Source: Acidimicrobiales bacterium (GTDB taxonomy: Bacteria > Actinomycetota > Acidimicrobiia > Acidimicrobiales > Bog-793). Taken from it: a DNA stretch of 64,000 nt. The stretch is from assembly GCA_035533595.1 (NCBI GenBank), contig DATLTN010000061.1, positions 27,116-91,115 of the forward strand. Reading direction: 5' to 3'. Positions 1-9,068 of the stretch are shown here, one piece after another. A model generated the notes under the pieces. That model saw nothing but the letters and a program-made list of their open reading frames with translations, was not told where the DNA came from and made no database searches. Within the stretch, counting starts at the first letter, position 1. Every line of letters begins with the position of its first letter. The translations under genes and the position numbers were made by a program.

Positions 1-860
1 ACGTGCACGAGGAGGTCGGAGTCGGCGACGACCTCGAGGGTCGAGTGGAAGGCCTCCACGAGCTGGTGCGGGAGGCGGCTCACGAAGCCGACGGTGTCGG
101 TGCAGACGATCGTCTCGCCGCCGGGCAGCTCGAGGCGCCGGGTACGCGGGTCGAGCGTCGCGAAGAGGCGGTTCTCGACGAGCACGTCGGAGTCGGTGAG
201 GGTGTTGAGGAGCGTCGACTTGCCACCGTTGGTGTAGCCGACGAGCGAGACGCTGCGGTGCGCGCCGCGCCGGCGCTGCCGGCGCTGGGTGCGGCGCGTC
301 GCCTCCAGGCCGGCGAGCTCCACCTCGAGCTTCGCGATGCGGCGGGTGATCCGTCGGCGGTCCTGCTCGAGCTGGGTCTCGCCGGGGCCACGGGTGCCGA
401 TCCGCCCGGCCTGCTGGGAGAGGGTGAGCCCGCGGCCGCGAAGGCGGGGCAGGCGGTAGCGCAGGAGCGCCAGCTCGACCTGGGCGCGGCCCTCCTCAGA
501 ACGGGCGTTCTGGGCGAAGATGTCGAGGATCACCGCCGAGCGGTCGATCGCCGTGCGGCCGAGGATGCGCTCGAGGTTGCGCTGCTGGGCCGGTGACAGC
601 TCGTCGTCGAAGACAACGGTGTCGGCGTCGACCTCCTCGCAGATGCGGTGCAGCTCCTCGGCCTTGCCCCGTCCGATGTAGGTCGCCGGGTCGGGGCTCT
701 CGCGCGCCTGCAGCACCCGCTCGGCCTCGTCGGCCCCCGCGGTGTCGATCAGCAGCGCAAGCTCGTCGAGGCTCGCCTCCACCTCGGAGAGGGTGCGGGG
801 GAACGAGACCACCCCGACGAGGACGATGCGCTCCCGAAAGCTCCGCTCGATCAGCGTCAC
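1..860 (-). CDS. hflX: GTPase HflX (C-terminal part lies beyond the window start)
   Basis: Not listed as its own ORF because it runs off the window edge; + ORF 3..596 is its antisense shadow. My minus-strand translation from GTG at 860 reads VTLIERSFRERIVLVGVV...RSAVILDIFAQNARSEEGRAQVELALLRYRLPRL...VSLVGYTNGGKSTLLNTLT...CTDTVGFVSRLPHQLVEAF. This gives the HflX N-domain plus G1 and G3 motifs. The GTG overlaps the dapF stop (GTGA, 857-860). Confidence 0.9.
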   Translation of the reverse strand, partial: MTLIERSFRERIVLVGVVSFPRTLSEVEASLDELALLIDTAGADEAERVLQARESPDPATYIGRGKAEELHRICEEVDADTVVFDDELSPAQQRNLERILGRTAIDRSAVILDIFAQNARSEEGRAQVELALLRYRLPRLRGRGLTLSQQAGRIGTRGPGETQLEQDRRRITRRIAKLEVELAGLEATRRTQRRQRRRGAHRSVSLVGYTNGGKSTLLNTLTDSDVLVENRLFATLDPRTRRLELPGGETIVCTDTVGFVSRLPHQLVEAFHSTLEVVADSDLLVH

Positions 861-1672
861 GAGAAGGCGCCGACCTCCTCGAGCTCGACAACGACCGCGG
901 CGACGTGGCGCGCCGGCCCGCTCAGCGCCGCGCTCGGCGGCGAACCGGAGAGCTCGACGGTGAGGTCGCCGCCGGGGTTACGCACCACGACCACGGCCTC
1001 GGTGAGGCCCACGGCGTGCGTCGCGGCCGCAGCCGCCGCGGAGCCCGAACCGCAGGCCTCGGTGATCCCGGCCCCCCGCTCGTAGACCTCGAGGTCGAGC
1101 GCGGCGCGCCCCAGCACGCTCACCAGCTCGACGTTCTGGCCGCCCTCGACGGCGCGCTCCAGGCCGGGGCCGACGCCCTCGATTGTCACGTCCCCGCGCT
1201 CGCCGACGAGGACGAGGTGGGGGTTGCCGATGTCGACCGCGAAGGCGCGGCGCGAGGCGAGCGGCGAGGGCACCTCCGCGACGCGCACCTCGCCCATCTC
1301 GACGCGCACCTCGGCCCGCCCCCCGCCCGCCTCGGGCTTCACCGTGCAGTGGGAGGCGGCCGCGGCGGTGGTGATCAACGGCGCCGTGCTCCCGCTCTCG
1401 CGGTAGGCGGCGAGCGCCGCGCAGCGCAGGCCGTTGCCGCTCGTCTCGGCGGTGCTGCCGTCCGCGTTCCACAGCTCCATCGCGAAGGCCGCGGGGCCGC
1501 CGGTGAGGCGGATGAGGCCGTCGGCACCGATGCCGCGGCGGCGGTCGCAGAGCGCGCTCGCGAGCGCCGCCGAGGGCGCCGGCCCCCCCTCGTGGTCGAC
1601 GAGCACGAGGAAGTCGTTGCCGAGCGCCTCGTACTTGTCGAGGTCGATCCTGCCCACGCCCGAGTCTCTCAC
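857..1672 (-). CDS. dapF: diaminopimelate epimerase
   Basis: Last 271 aa of ORF 857..2422. Motifs: ALGNDFLVLVD and the two catalytic Cys motifs SGNGLRC and EACGSG. Start set to GTG 1672, which overlaps the miaA stop (GTGA). The upstream part of the listed ORF is an Arg/Pro-rich shadow. Confidence 0.9.
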   Translation of the reverse strand: MRDSGVGRIDLDKYEALGNDFLVLVDHEGGPAPSAALASALCDRRRGIGADGLIRLTGGPAAFAMELWNADGSTAETSGNGLRCAALAAYRESGSTAPLITTAAAASHCTVKPEAGGGRAEVRVEMGEVRVAEVPSPLASRRAFAVDIGNPHLVLVGERGDVTIEGVGPGLERAVEGGQNVELVSVLGRAALDLEVYERGAGITEACGSGSAAAAAATHAVGLTEAVVVVRNPGGDLTVELSGSPPSAALSGPARHVAAVVVELEEVGAFS

Positions 1673-2604
1673 GTGCCGGCCCCGGCCCCGGCCTCCGCGA
1701 GCAGCGCGCGCGCCCGCTCGCGAAGGTCGGGGGCGGTGGCGTCGAGCCAGTGCACGCGGGGGTCGCGGCCGAACCAGGACTGCTGCCGGCGGGCGAAGCG
1801 CCGGGTCCGCCTGAGGATCTCGGCACGCACCGAGGCGAGGTCGCCCCCCGTGTCGAGGTGGGCGAGCAGCTCGCGGTAGCCGAGCGCCTGGCGGACCGTG
1901 CGCGAGAGGCCGCCGGGGCGGCCCGACAGCTCCCGCACCTCCTCGAGGAAGCCGGCGGCGAGCTGGCGGTCGAGGCGCGCCTCGATGCGGCGATCGAGCT
2001 CGGGGCGCTCGACGGCGAGGCCGATCTGCAGCACCGGGCTCGGCGGGTAGCGCTCGAGGCCGGGGCCGGCGGCACTGAAGGGGCGCCCCGAGCCGAGGGT
2101 GACCTCGAGGGCGCGCACGATGCGGCGGCGGTTCCCGGCCTCGATGCGGCCGGCGGCGAGGGGGTCGAGGTCCTGCAGGCGGGCGTAGAGGGGGGCGAGG
2201 CCGGAGGCGTCGGCCTCGGCCTCGAGGAGGGCGGCGACCTCGGGGTAGCGGGGCGGCATCGCCAGCTCGTCGACGAGCGCCCGCTGGTACAGGCCGCTCC
2301 CCCCCACCAGCCCGGCGCGCGCGGCGCGCCCGGCGATCTCGGAGCGCGCGGCGCGCGCCAACGCAGCGAAGGCCGACGCGGAGAACTCCTCGTCGAGCTC
2401 GGCGACGTCGAGGAGGTGCCACGCGACCGCGGCGCGCGCCGCCGCGTCCGGCTTGTCGCTGCCGATGTCGAGGCCGCGGTAGACCGCGATCGCGTCGACC
2501 GAGACGAGCTCCACCGAGCCGAGATCAAGGGCGAGCTGCTGCGCGAGGGCGCTCTTGCCGCTCGCCGTCGGGCCGACGATCGCGAAGCTCGAAGGGATGC
2601 TCAC
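1669..2604 (-). CDS. miaA: tRNA dimethylallyltransferase
   Basis: ORF 1669..2604. P-loop GPTASGKSALA, VYRGLDIGSDKP, ARRQQSWF; 311 aa is typical for the family. Confidence 0.93.
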   Translation of the reverse strand: MSIPSSFAIVGPTASGKSALAQQLALDLGSVELVSVDAIAVYRGLDIGSDKPDAAARAAVAWHLLDVAELDEEFSASAFAALARAARSEIAGRAARAGLVGGSGLYQRALVDELAMPPRYPEVAALLEAEADASGLAPLYARLQDLDPLAAGRIEAGNRRRIVRALEVTLGSGRPFSAAGPGLERYPPSPVLQIGLAVERPELDRRIEARLDRQLAAGFLEEVRELSGRPGGLSRTVRQALGYRELLAHLDTGGDLASVRAEILRRTRRFARRQQSWFGRDPRVHWLDATAPDLRERARALLAEAGAGAGT

Positions 2605-2622
2605 CGCAGCGCCAGCGCAGGT

Positions 2623-2887
2623 CGGCCCGGAGCGGCTGACCTGGTCTTTGACCCCACACTCGCCCGCTGAGGAGCTGGCACGCCCGGTGGTGGCGACCGG
2701 CGGACCGGCCCGGCACCGCCGGAAGTGGCGCGCTTCCCCCCTTCTCCGTCCCGTGCCGCGGATCGGCGCGTGGACGGGCGGGGCTTACCTCTAAGCCGCA
2801 CCATGCTCAGCAACCACGGGTTGCCTTACGTGGGTCGTTTCGCCTGCGACTGGCATCGACTTGCAACCACAGACCCGCTCCGGGCCG
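2623..2887. other. 265-nt element closed by a perfect 13-bp inverted repeat; candidate structured RNA or miaA leader, or a small IR-bounded element (family unassigned)
   Basis: CGGCCCGGAGCGG (2623-2635) is the exact reverse complement of CCGCTCCGGGCCG (2875-2887). Interior hairpins readable by eye: GGCTTA-CCTC-TAAGCC (2782-2797), GGAAG-N7-CTTCC (2721-2737) and CCGTCC...GGACGG (2746-2777). There is no credible ORF in the 309-bp gap. Confidence 0.25.
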
Positions 2888-2913
2888 CCCGCAGTGTAGG
2901 CCGGCGCCGCCGC

Positions 2914-3171
2914 TCAGCTGCCCGCGGCGCCCGCCCCGCCGGTGCCGGTCTCGACGGCCGCTTCGCGCCGCCCCTCGTAGGCCGCGTGCTCCTCGTCGCC
3001 GACGGCGACGCCCTCGGAGATCAGCAGGATCGGGATGCCGTCGCGGATCTCGTAGCGGCGCTGCAGCCGCGGGTTGTAGAGGACCTCGTCGCCCTCGAAG
3101 TACCACAGCGGCTGCTTGTCCTCCGGGTCGACGAGGATTTCGATGAGCAGTTGGTCGAGCGCCACGCCCAC
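2914..3171 (-). CDS. Trm112-family small protein (UPF0434-like)
   Basis: 85 aa. LLIEILVDPEDKQPL ... YNPRLQRRYEIRDGIPILL matches the Trm112 pattern as I remember it. It lies directly downstream of manB. The true start may be the second GTG (3165), which is better spaced from AAAGGGAG. Confidence 0.75.
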   Translation of the reverse strand: MGVALDQLLIEILVDPEDKQPLWYFEGDEVLYNPRLQRRYEIRDGIPILLISEGVAVGDEEHAAYEGRREAAVETGTGGAGAAGS

Positions 3172-3219
3172 TCCCTTTCTCGGAGGCGGCCCGAGGGGGC
3201 CGCCCGGCCAGTCCTTCGG

Positions 3220-4596
3220 TCAGCCGCGCACCAGCGCGAGCACCTCGGCGACGCGCCGCTCCAGCTCCGCGTCGGTGCGCGCCTCCACGTTCAGGCGCAG
3301 CAGCGGCTCGGTGTTCGAGGGGCGGAGGTTGAACCACCACGTCGGGTAGTCGGCGGTGAGGCCGTCGAGGTGGTCGAGCTCGGCGCCGTTCGCCGCCGCG
3401 TAGGCCTCGACGCCGGCGAGCGCGCCCTGCGGGTCGTCGACGACGCTGTTGATCTCGCCGGAGTCGGCGTAGCGCTCGAAGGGGCGGCGCAGCTCGGAGA
3501 GCGTCGTCCCCGAGCGGCAGAGCAGCTCGAGGAGGACCATCGCGGCGATGATCCCCGAGTCGGCGCGGTAGTTGTCGGCGAAGTAGTAGTGGCCGGAGTG
3601 CTCGCCGCCGAAGACGGCGCCGCTCTCGGCCATCACCCCTTTGATGAAGGAGTGGCCGACGCGGGTGCGGATCCCCTTGCCGCCGTTCTCGGCGATCACC
3701 TCGCGCACCGTGCGCGAGCAGATGCAGTTGTAGAGGATCGTCGCGCCGGAGTGCTTCTCGAGCATCGCCTTGGCGACGATCGCCGTGGTGAGCGAGCCCG
3801 AGAGCGGCACCCCCAGCTCGTCGACGAGGAAGACGCGGTCGGCGTCGCCGTCGAAGGCGAGGCCGACGTCGGCGCCGCTGCGGAGGATCGCCTCGCGCAG
3901 GTCGACGAGGTTCGCCTCCTGGATCGGGTCGGCGGGGTGGTTCGGGAAGGTGCCGTCGAGCTCGCCGTAGAGGACGTCGAGGGAGAAGGGCAGGCCGTTG
4001 AAGACCTGCGGCGCGACGAGGCCGCCCATGCCGTTCGCCGTGTCGGCGACGACGTGCAGCGGCCTCAGGGCGCCGAGGTCGATGAAGGAGCGGACGTGCT
4101 CGGCGAAGGCCTCGAGGAGGTCGCGGTGCTCCGGCTCGACCGCCGGGCGGGCCGCGGCCGGCGCGCCGGCGAGCGCCTCGAGCGCGTGGTCGCGCACCTG
4201 GAACAGGCCGCTGTCCTCGCCGATCGGGCGCGCCCCGGGGAGGCAGAGCTTCATCCCGTTGTAGTCCGCGGGGTTGTGCGAGGCGGTGAGCATCGCCCCG
4301 GCGGCGTCGAGCGAGCCGGAGGCGAAGTACAACAGGTCCGTCGAGCCGAGGCCGAGGTCGGTCACCGTGCAGCCGGCCTGCTGCGCACCGGCGGTGAGCG
4401 CCGCGGCGAGCCCCACCCCCGAGCTGCGCATGTCCCGGCAGACGACGAGGCGCGGCGCCGCGCCGCCCTGCTCGGTGAGGAAGCGGCCGAAGCCGACGCC
4501 GATCGCGTAGGCGGCCTGCTCGTCGAGCTCGTCGGGAACGATGCCGCGCACGTCGTAGGCCTTGAAGATCGCGCCGAGCGCTTCCGCGGAGGCCAT
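3220..4596 (-). CDS. manB: phosphomannomutase/phosphoglucomutase (alpha-D-phosphohexomutase)
   Basis: TASHNP phosphoserine loop, FDGDADR Mg site, GGEHSGH sugar loop; 458 aa. Confidence 0.9.
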   Translation of the reverse strand: MASAEALGAIFKAYDVRGIVPDELDEQAAYAIGVGFGRFLTEQGGAAPRLVVCRDMRSSGVGLAAALTAGAQQAGCTVTDLGLGSTDLLYFASGSLDAAGAMLTASHNPADYNGMKLCLPGARPIGEDSGLFQVRDHALEALAGAPAAARPAVEPEHRDLLEAFAEHVRSFIDLGALRPLHVVADTANGMGGLVAPQVFNGLPFSLDVLYGELDGTFPNHPADPIQEANLVDLREAILRSGADVGLAFDGDADRVFLVDELGVPLSGSLTTAIVAKAMLEKHSGATILYNCICSRTVREVIAENGGKGIRTRVGHSFIKGVMAESGAVFGGEHSGHYYFADNYRADSGIIAAMVLLELLCRSGTTLSELRRPFERYADSGEINSVVDDPQGALAGVEAYAAANGAELDHLDGLTADYPTWWFNLRPSNTEPLLRLNVEARTDAELERRVAEVLALVRG

Positions 4597-4647
4597 GTCG
4601 CCCCAGCCTACCGCCCCGTCGGCGGCGGCCCCGGGGGCCGCGGGCGC

Positions 4648-5400
4648 TCAGTGCGAGCGCGCGAGGGAGATGATCGTGAGCGCGTTGAAGGTCGCGTGGG
4701 CGAACATCCCCGCCCCGAGGCGCCCGGTCCGCAGCGCGAGCACGCAGAGCACGCAGCCGAAGCCGGCGAGCGCGAGCAGCTCGATCGGCTGGAAGTGGGC
4801 GAGGCCGAAGAGCGCGCCGGTAACGAGGACCGCGCCGACGGTCCCGGCGCGCCCGCCGCCGAGGCGGCCGAGCGCCGCCCGCAGCACGAGGCCGCGGAAG
4901 AAGAGCTCCTCGACGACCGGCGTGCCGACGCAGACGAGCAGCGCGAGGGCCACGTAGCCGGTGCCGTCGACGTGCTCGGCGAGCTGCTTGGAGGGCGCCG
5001 AGAGGCGCTCGGAGAGGTGGTGGACGAAGGGGGTGAGCGGGAGGGTGAGGGCGGGCACCAGCAGGTAGGCCGAGGCGAGGCCGACGGCGATGCCGAGGGG
5101 GATGTCGCTCGGCCGCAGCGCGAGGCCGTAGTCGGCGTGCAGCCGATCGAGCACGCCCGGGCGCTCGCCGCGGCGGCGCGCCGCCGAGGAGGCGGCGAGG
5201 ACGGCGGCGAGGAGGCCGAGCCACAGGCCGACGAGTCCTCCGACGTCCTCGCCGAGACGGCTCGTGTGGCCGGCGAGGGCGTTCGCCGCGCCGGCGAGGA
5301 GGGAGCCGGCGAGCTCGCCCCCGAGGAAGCCGAAGAGCGCCTCGACGAGCCCGAAGCGGTTGGCGAGGCCGGAGGGGCGCTCGTCTGGGACCTCGGCCAT
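4648..5400 (-). CDS. CPBP (CAAX/Abi) family intramembrane metalloprotease
   Basis: Multi-TM protein with EELFFRG, FGLAHF and HATFN motifs. Confidence 0.85.
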   Translation of the reverse strand: MAEVPDERPSGLANRFGLVEALFGFLGGELAGSLLAGAANALAGHTSRLGEDVGGLVGLWLGLLAAVLAASSAARRRGERPGVLDRLHADYGLALRPSDIPLGIAVGLASAYLLVPALTLPLTPFVHHLSERLSAPSKQLAEHVDGTGYVALALLVCVGTPVVEELFFRGLVLRAALGRLGGGRAGTVGAVLVTGALFGLAHFQPIELLALAGFGCVLCVLALRTGRLGAGMFAHATFNALTIISLARSH

Positions 5401-5511
5401 GCCTGAGCGTCCCCGTTTCGAGGGCTGCGGTCAACTCGGCGGGCCGGGGGCGGCGGGGCCGGGGCGGGCGCGGGGCGCGGGGCGCGCGGCAGCTCCGCGG
5501 GGGGCGGTGCC

Positions 5512-5517
5512 TACGAT
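5512..5517 (+). promoter_or_regulatory. candidate -10 hexamer TACGAT, 6 nt before the ftsH GTG (leaderless geometry)
   Basis: TANNNT hexamer, then N6, then start codon 5524. No Shine-Dalgarno sequence. The same geometry occurs at five other first genes in this window. Confidence 0.3.
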
Positions 5518-5523
5518 GTACTG

Positions 5524-7584
5524 GTGAGTCGACAACCGCAGGATCTGCGCCCCGGCGGCCCCGGCAAGGGCCTCGGAGGGCCCGGCCGCAACAACAACAC
5601 CGGCACGCCGGGCTCGGGCGACGCCACCTGGCGGTGGTTCGCGGCGCTGCTCGCGGTGGTGGTGATCATCGCCCTCTTCTCGACCTCGCTCGCCGGCCAC
5701 TCGAGCGCGACCCACCTCACCTACACCCAGTTCCAGTCCGACCTCGCGCAGAACCAGGTGAAGACGGCGGTGGTCGACAACTCCTCGGGCAACATCACCG
5801 GCGTGCTCGCCGACGGCTCGAACTACACCACGACCGGCCCGCCCCCGAGCGACGCCGAGATCGCCGCGATCCAGAAGTCCAAGGCCACCCTCAGCTTCTC
5901 CTCGCCCTCCTCGAGCATCCTCCCGACGCTCCTTCTCTACCTGCTGCCGGTCGGGATCTTCATCGCCTTCTTCTTGTGGCTGAACCGCCGCGCGCAGGGG
6001 CAGATGTCGGGGATCATGTCGATCGGCCGCAGCCGGGCGAAGGTCTATTCCACCGAGCGGCCGCGCACGACCTTCTCCGACGTCGCCGGCTACAACGGCG
6101 TGAAACAGGAGATCTCCGAGGTCGTCGACTTCTTGAAGTCGCCGGGGCGCTTCCGCGAGATCGGCGCCCGCATCCCGAAGGGCGTGCTGCTCGTCGGCCC
6201 GCCGGGGACGGGCAAGACGCTGCTCGCGCGCGCCGTCGCCGGCGAGGCGGGGGTCCCCTTCCTCTCGGTGAGCGGCTCGGACTTCATGGAGATGTTCGTC
6301 GGCGTCGGCGCGAGCCGGGTGCGCGACCTGTTCCAGACAGCCCGCAAGCAGGCGCCGGCGATCATCTTCGTCGACGAGATCGACTCCATCGGCCGAAAGC
6401 GCGGCGCCGGCCTCGGCGGCGGCCACGACGAGCGCGAGCAGACCCTCAACCAGATGCTGAACGAGATGGACGGCTTCGACCCCGCCGAGGGCGTGGTGAT
6501 GATGGCGGCGACGAACCGCCCCGACATCCTCGATCCCGCGCTGCTCCGCCCCGGGCGCTTCGACCGCCAGATCGTCGTCCCCCTCCCCGACCTCGAGGAG
6601 CGCAAGCCGATCCTGCAGGTGCACTGCCGGGACAAGCGCATTGGCCCCGACGTCGACCTCGAGCTCGTGGCGCGCGGCACGCCCGGGATGTCTGGCGCGG
6701 ACCTCGCGAACCTCGTCAACGAGGCGGCGTTGCACGCCGTGCGGCGCGGCAGCCAGATGGTCGAGATGCGCGACTTCGACGCCGCGCGCGACCGCGTCCT
6801 CATGGGCCAGCAGCGCGACAGCCTCGTCCTCTCCGAGGAGGAGAAGGCGCGCGTCGCCTACCACGAGTCCGGCCACGCCGTCCTCTCCTACGTGCTCCCG
6901 AACGCCGACCCGCTGCTGAAGGTGAGCATCATCCCGACCGGCATGGCGCTCGGCGTCACCCAGCAGCTCCCCCTCGAGGAGCGCCACATCTACCGCCGCG
7001 AGTACATCGAGGACTCGCTCGCGGTGCGCATGGGCGGGCGCGTCGCCGAGCTGCTCGTCTACGGCGACCTCTCGACCGGGGCCAGCGACGACCTGCAGCG
7101 CAATACCGAGCTCGCCCGCAAGATGGTCCGCGAGTGGGGGATGTCGGCGCGCGTCGGCCCGATGGCCTGGGGCCAGCAGGGCACGGTCTTCCTCGGCGAG
7201 GACCTGATGCACACCCGCGACTACTCCGAGGACACGAGCCGCGTCGTCGACGAGGAGGTGGCGACGATCCTGCGCGACCAGGAGGAGCGGGCCCGCCAGG
7301 TCCTCTCCGAGCACCGCTCCGGCCTCGAGGCGGTCGCCCACCAGCTCCTCGAGAAGGAGAGCGTCGACGGCGAGGAGGTCGCCCGCCTGATCGACGAGGC
7401 CTTCGGGCGCCCCGTGCACGACATCGACTCGGCGATCCCGCACTTCGCCCGCGGCATCCGCGATGCGCCCCTCGCGCCGCCGCTCGCCCCCCCGGTCACG
7501 GCCGCCTCAGGGGGCGCGGAGGCTCACGCGAGCGGGATCGCCGCCGAGGAGTTGAAGCCGACCGACCCCTTCCCCCGCGCGTAG
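5524..7584 (+). CDS. ftsH: ATP-dependent zinc metalloprotease FtsH
   Basis: Two N-terminal TM helices, Walker [12 protein letters not shown], Walker B IIFVDEID, zinc site HESGHA; 686 aa with a low-complexity tail. Confidence 0.95.
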   Translation: MSRQPQDLRPGGPGKGLGGPGRNNNTGTPGSGDATWRWFAALLAVVVIIALFSTSLAGHSSATHLTYTQFQSDLAQNQVKTAVVDNSSGNITGVLADGSNYTTTGPPPSDAEIAAIQKSKATLSFSSPSSSILPTLLLYLLPVGIFIAFFLWLNRRAQGQMSGIMSIGRSRAKVYSTERPRTTFSDVAGYNGVKQEISEVVDFLKSPGRFREIGARIPKGVLLVGPPGTGKTLLARAVAGEAGVPFLSVSGSDFMEMFVGVGASRVRDLFQTARKQAPAIIFVDEIDSIGRKRGAGLGGGHDEREQTLNQMLNEMDGFDPAEGVVMMAATNRPDILDPALLRPGRFDRQIVVPLPDLEERKPILQVHCRDKRIGPDVDLELVARGTPGMSGADLANLVNEAALHAVRRGSQMVEMRDFDAARDRVLMGQQRDSLVLSEEEKARVAYHESGHAVLSYVLPNADPLLKVSIIPTGMALGVTQQLPLEERHIYRREYIEDSLAVRMGGRVAELLVYGDLSTGASDDLQRNTELARKMVREWGMSARVGPMAWGQQGTVFLGEDLMHTRDYSEDTSRVVDEEVATILRDQEERARQVLSEHRSGLEAVAHQLLEKESVDGEEVARLIDEAFGRPVHDIDSAIPHFARGIRDAPLAPPLAPPVTAASGGAEAHASGIAAEELKPTDPFPRA

Positions 7585-9068
7585 AGGTCGGCGCCGCACT
7601 CGAACGAGCCGTCGGCGCGCGCCACGAGGGTGAGCGCGGGGGCGCCGGCGACGACGCCGGAGAGGTCGAGCGCCAGCACGCTGTGCGGCGCGAGGCCGAT
7701 CCTCGCCACCCTCGCGAGCGAGGCCCTCGTCCGCTGGTCGGCGCCGAGGGCCGAGAGGTGCACCGTGAGCGGCGCGTCGCCGGGGTTGGCGAAGGTGACC
7801 ACCTCGCCCGCGCTCGCGTCGCTCTCTCCGCCACCGAGCAGCCAGCCGCGCGCGAGCAGCGGCGTCCCCTCCTCGCTGCTCTCCCCCGCCGGCACCGTGG
7901 GCGGCAGCTGGTAGGCGGAGCGGGCGCGCGCCGCTCCCTTCGGCGGCGCGCTGAGCAGCGCCGGGACGGCGGTCGCCCTCGGGATCACGAGCGAGCGCTC
8001 GACGACCACCCCGTCCCCCGCCGTGACGCTCACGTGCCCCCAGCGCAGCGCCCCCGGGCTCGGGTCGCGGGCGAGGTTGAACTGAGCGGTGGCGCCGGCG
8101 GCGACCTGGCGGACGGTGGTCGCGGCGCCGAGGAAGCCGCTCGTCGAGGCGGTGTGCACCGCCACCTCGGCGGCGCGCGTCGAGGTGTTGACGACGAGCA
8201 GCGAGAGCGTCGCCGCGCCGCCGCTCGGGACCGGCGGTAGGTACCAGTCGCGCGCCGCGGTCGCGATGCCTGACGAGAAGGCGAGGGTGCGGGCGTGCTG
8301 CAGGACGTCGGAGTCCATCTCCCCGACGACGATGCGCCCCCCCGAGCTCGCGACGAAGCTCGTCACCGCCTGCTGCTCGGGGAGGTACTCGCCGACGTTC
8401 TCGACGATCAGCTGGCCGGCGCCGATCGCGAGCCCCTGGAAGGCGGGGGGCGCGACGTTGCTGCCGCTGCTCGTCGTGAAGCTCACGTTGGCGACGGCGG
8501 GGGTCGCCCCCGGGTCGTAGAGGGCGAGGGCGATGTTCGCCGCCTTCGTCGTGGCGCCGCCGGCGACGGTGGCGTTCGTCCCGACCGACGTCGTGCAGGC
8601 CGTGGCGACGGGCCCCGCCGAGCCGTGCTCGATCTCGGTGACGCCGACGCCGCGGCTGTCGAGGAGCACCGAGGCCGCCCCCCAGCCGGGGCGCTTCGGC
8701 GTCGGGAAGGCCTGCCGGAGGGTCGAGTGCGGGGCGAGGCGCACCTGGTGGACGAGGTTCAGGCCGCGGTCGGTGACGAGGTCGAGCTCGCCGCGCACCG
8801 CCCTCCCCGAGACGTTCGCGAGCTCGACGGCGGCGGTGTCCTTGCCGACGTCGAGGGGGAGCGGCCCCGGGCAGTACCAGGCCGACGAGCTCGCCTCCCC
8901 GGAGAGGAAGACCTGGCCGACGGCGCGCGTCGGCGCGTTCGCGGCCGAGGCGCGGCGGTGGCGGACGGTCGCGTTGGCGTAGCCGGCGAGGGCGAGCAGC
9001 GCGAGCACGACGACGAGCGCGACGTGGCCCCGGCGGTCGCCGCCGAGCGGTGAGGGGCGCGTCGCCAT
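7524..9068 (-). CDS. membrane-anchored extracytoplasmic protein, DUF5719-like (family name from memory)
   Basis: Last 514 aa of ORF 7524..11951, starting MATRPSPLGG at ATG 9068. One TM helix (HVALVVVLALLALAGY), then an Ala/Gly/Thr/Val-rich beta-type region. The start overlaps the stop of the upstream GT2 by 1 nt (TGATG). The rest of the listed ORF is Arg/Pro shadow. Confidence 0.7.
   Translation of the reverse strand: MATRPSPLGGDRRGHVALVVVLALLALAGYANATVRHRRASAANAPTRAVGQVFLSGEASSSAWYCPGPLPLDVGKDTAAVELANVSGRAVRGELDLVTDRGLNLVHQVRLAPHSTLRQAFPTPKRPGWGAASVLLDSRGVGVTEIEHGSAGPVATACTTSVGTNATVAGGATTKAANIALALYDPGATPAVANVSFTTSSGSNVAPPAFQGLAIGAGQLIVENVGEYLPEQQAVTSFVASSGGRIVVGEMDSDVLQHARTLAFSSGIATAARDWYLPPVPSGGAATLSLLVVNTSTRAAEVAVHTASTSGFLGAATTVRQVAAGATAQFNLARDPSPGALRWGHVSVTAGDGVVVERSLVIPRATAVPALLSAPPKGAARARSAYQLPPTVPAGESSEEGTPLLARGWLLGGGESDASAGEVVTFANPGDAPLTVHLSALGADQRTRASLARVARIGLAPHSVLALDLSGVVAGAPALTLVARADGSFECGADLYARGKGSVGFNSSAAIPLA

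Noticed and set aside
2605-2913. RNase P RNA, tmRNA, SRP RNA, 6S RNA or a tRNA in the miaA upstream gap.
   Set aside because: On either strand I found no GAGGAAAGUCC/ACAGAA.CCGGCUUA boxes (RNase P), no tRNA-like 3' end or tag ORF (tmRNA), no GUCAGGUCCGGAAGGAAGCAGC (SRP) and no T-loop GGTTCGA. The fold is multi-hairpin rather than the single long 6S-type hairpin. It is kept only as an unassigned structured element.
2725-5406. An 893-aa + ORF, together with the similar giants 2807..5434 -, 5431..7443 -, 5634..8240 +, 9050..12010 +, 27474..30977 +, 36175..39048 -, 43859..47227 -, 45163..47547 +, 51026..53329 - and 58363..61632 +.
   Set aside because: They are extremely Arg/Ala/Gly/Pro/Asp-rich, with no family motifs. 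Each lies antisense to or out of frame with a gene that has clear conserved motifs. These are typical stop-codon-poor shadow ORFs of a genome with about 72% GC.
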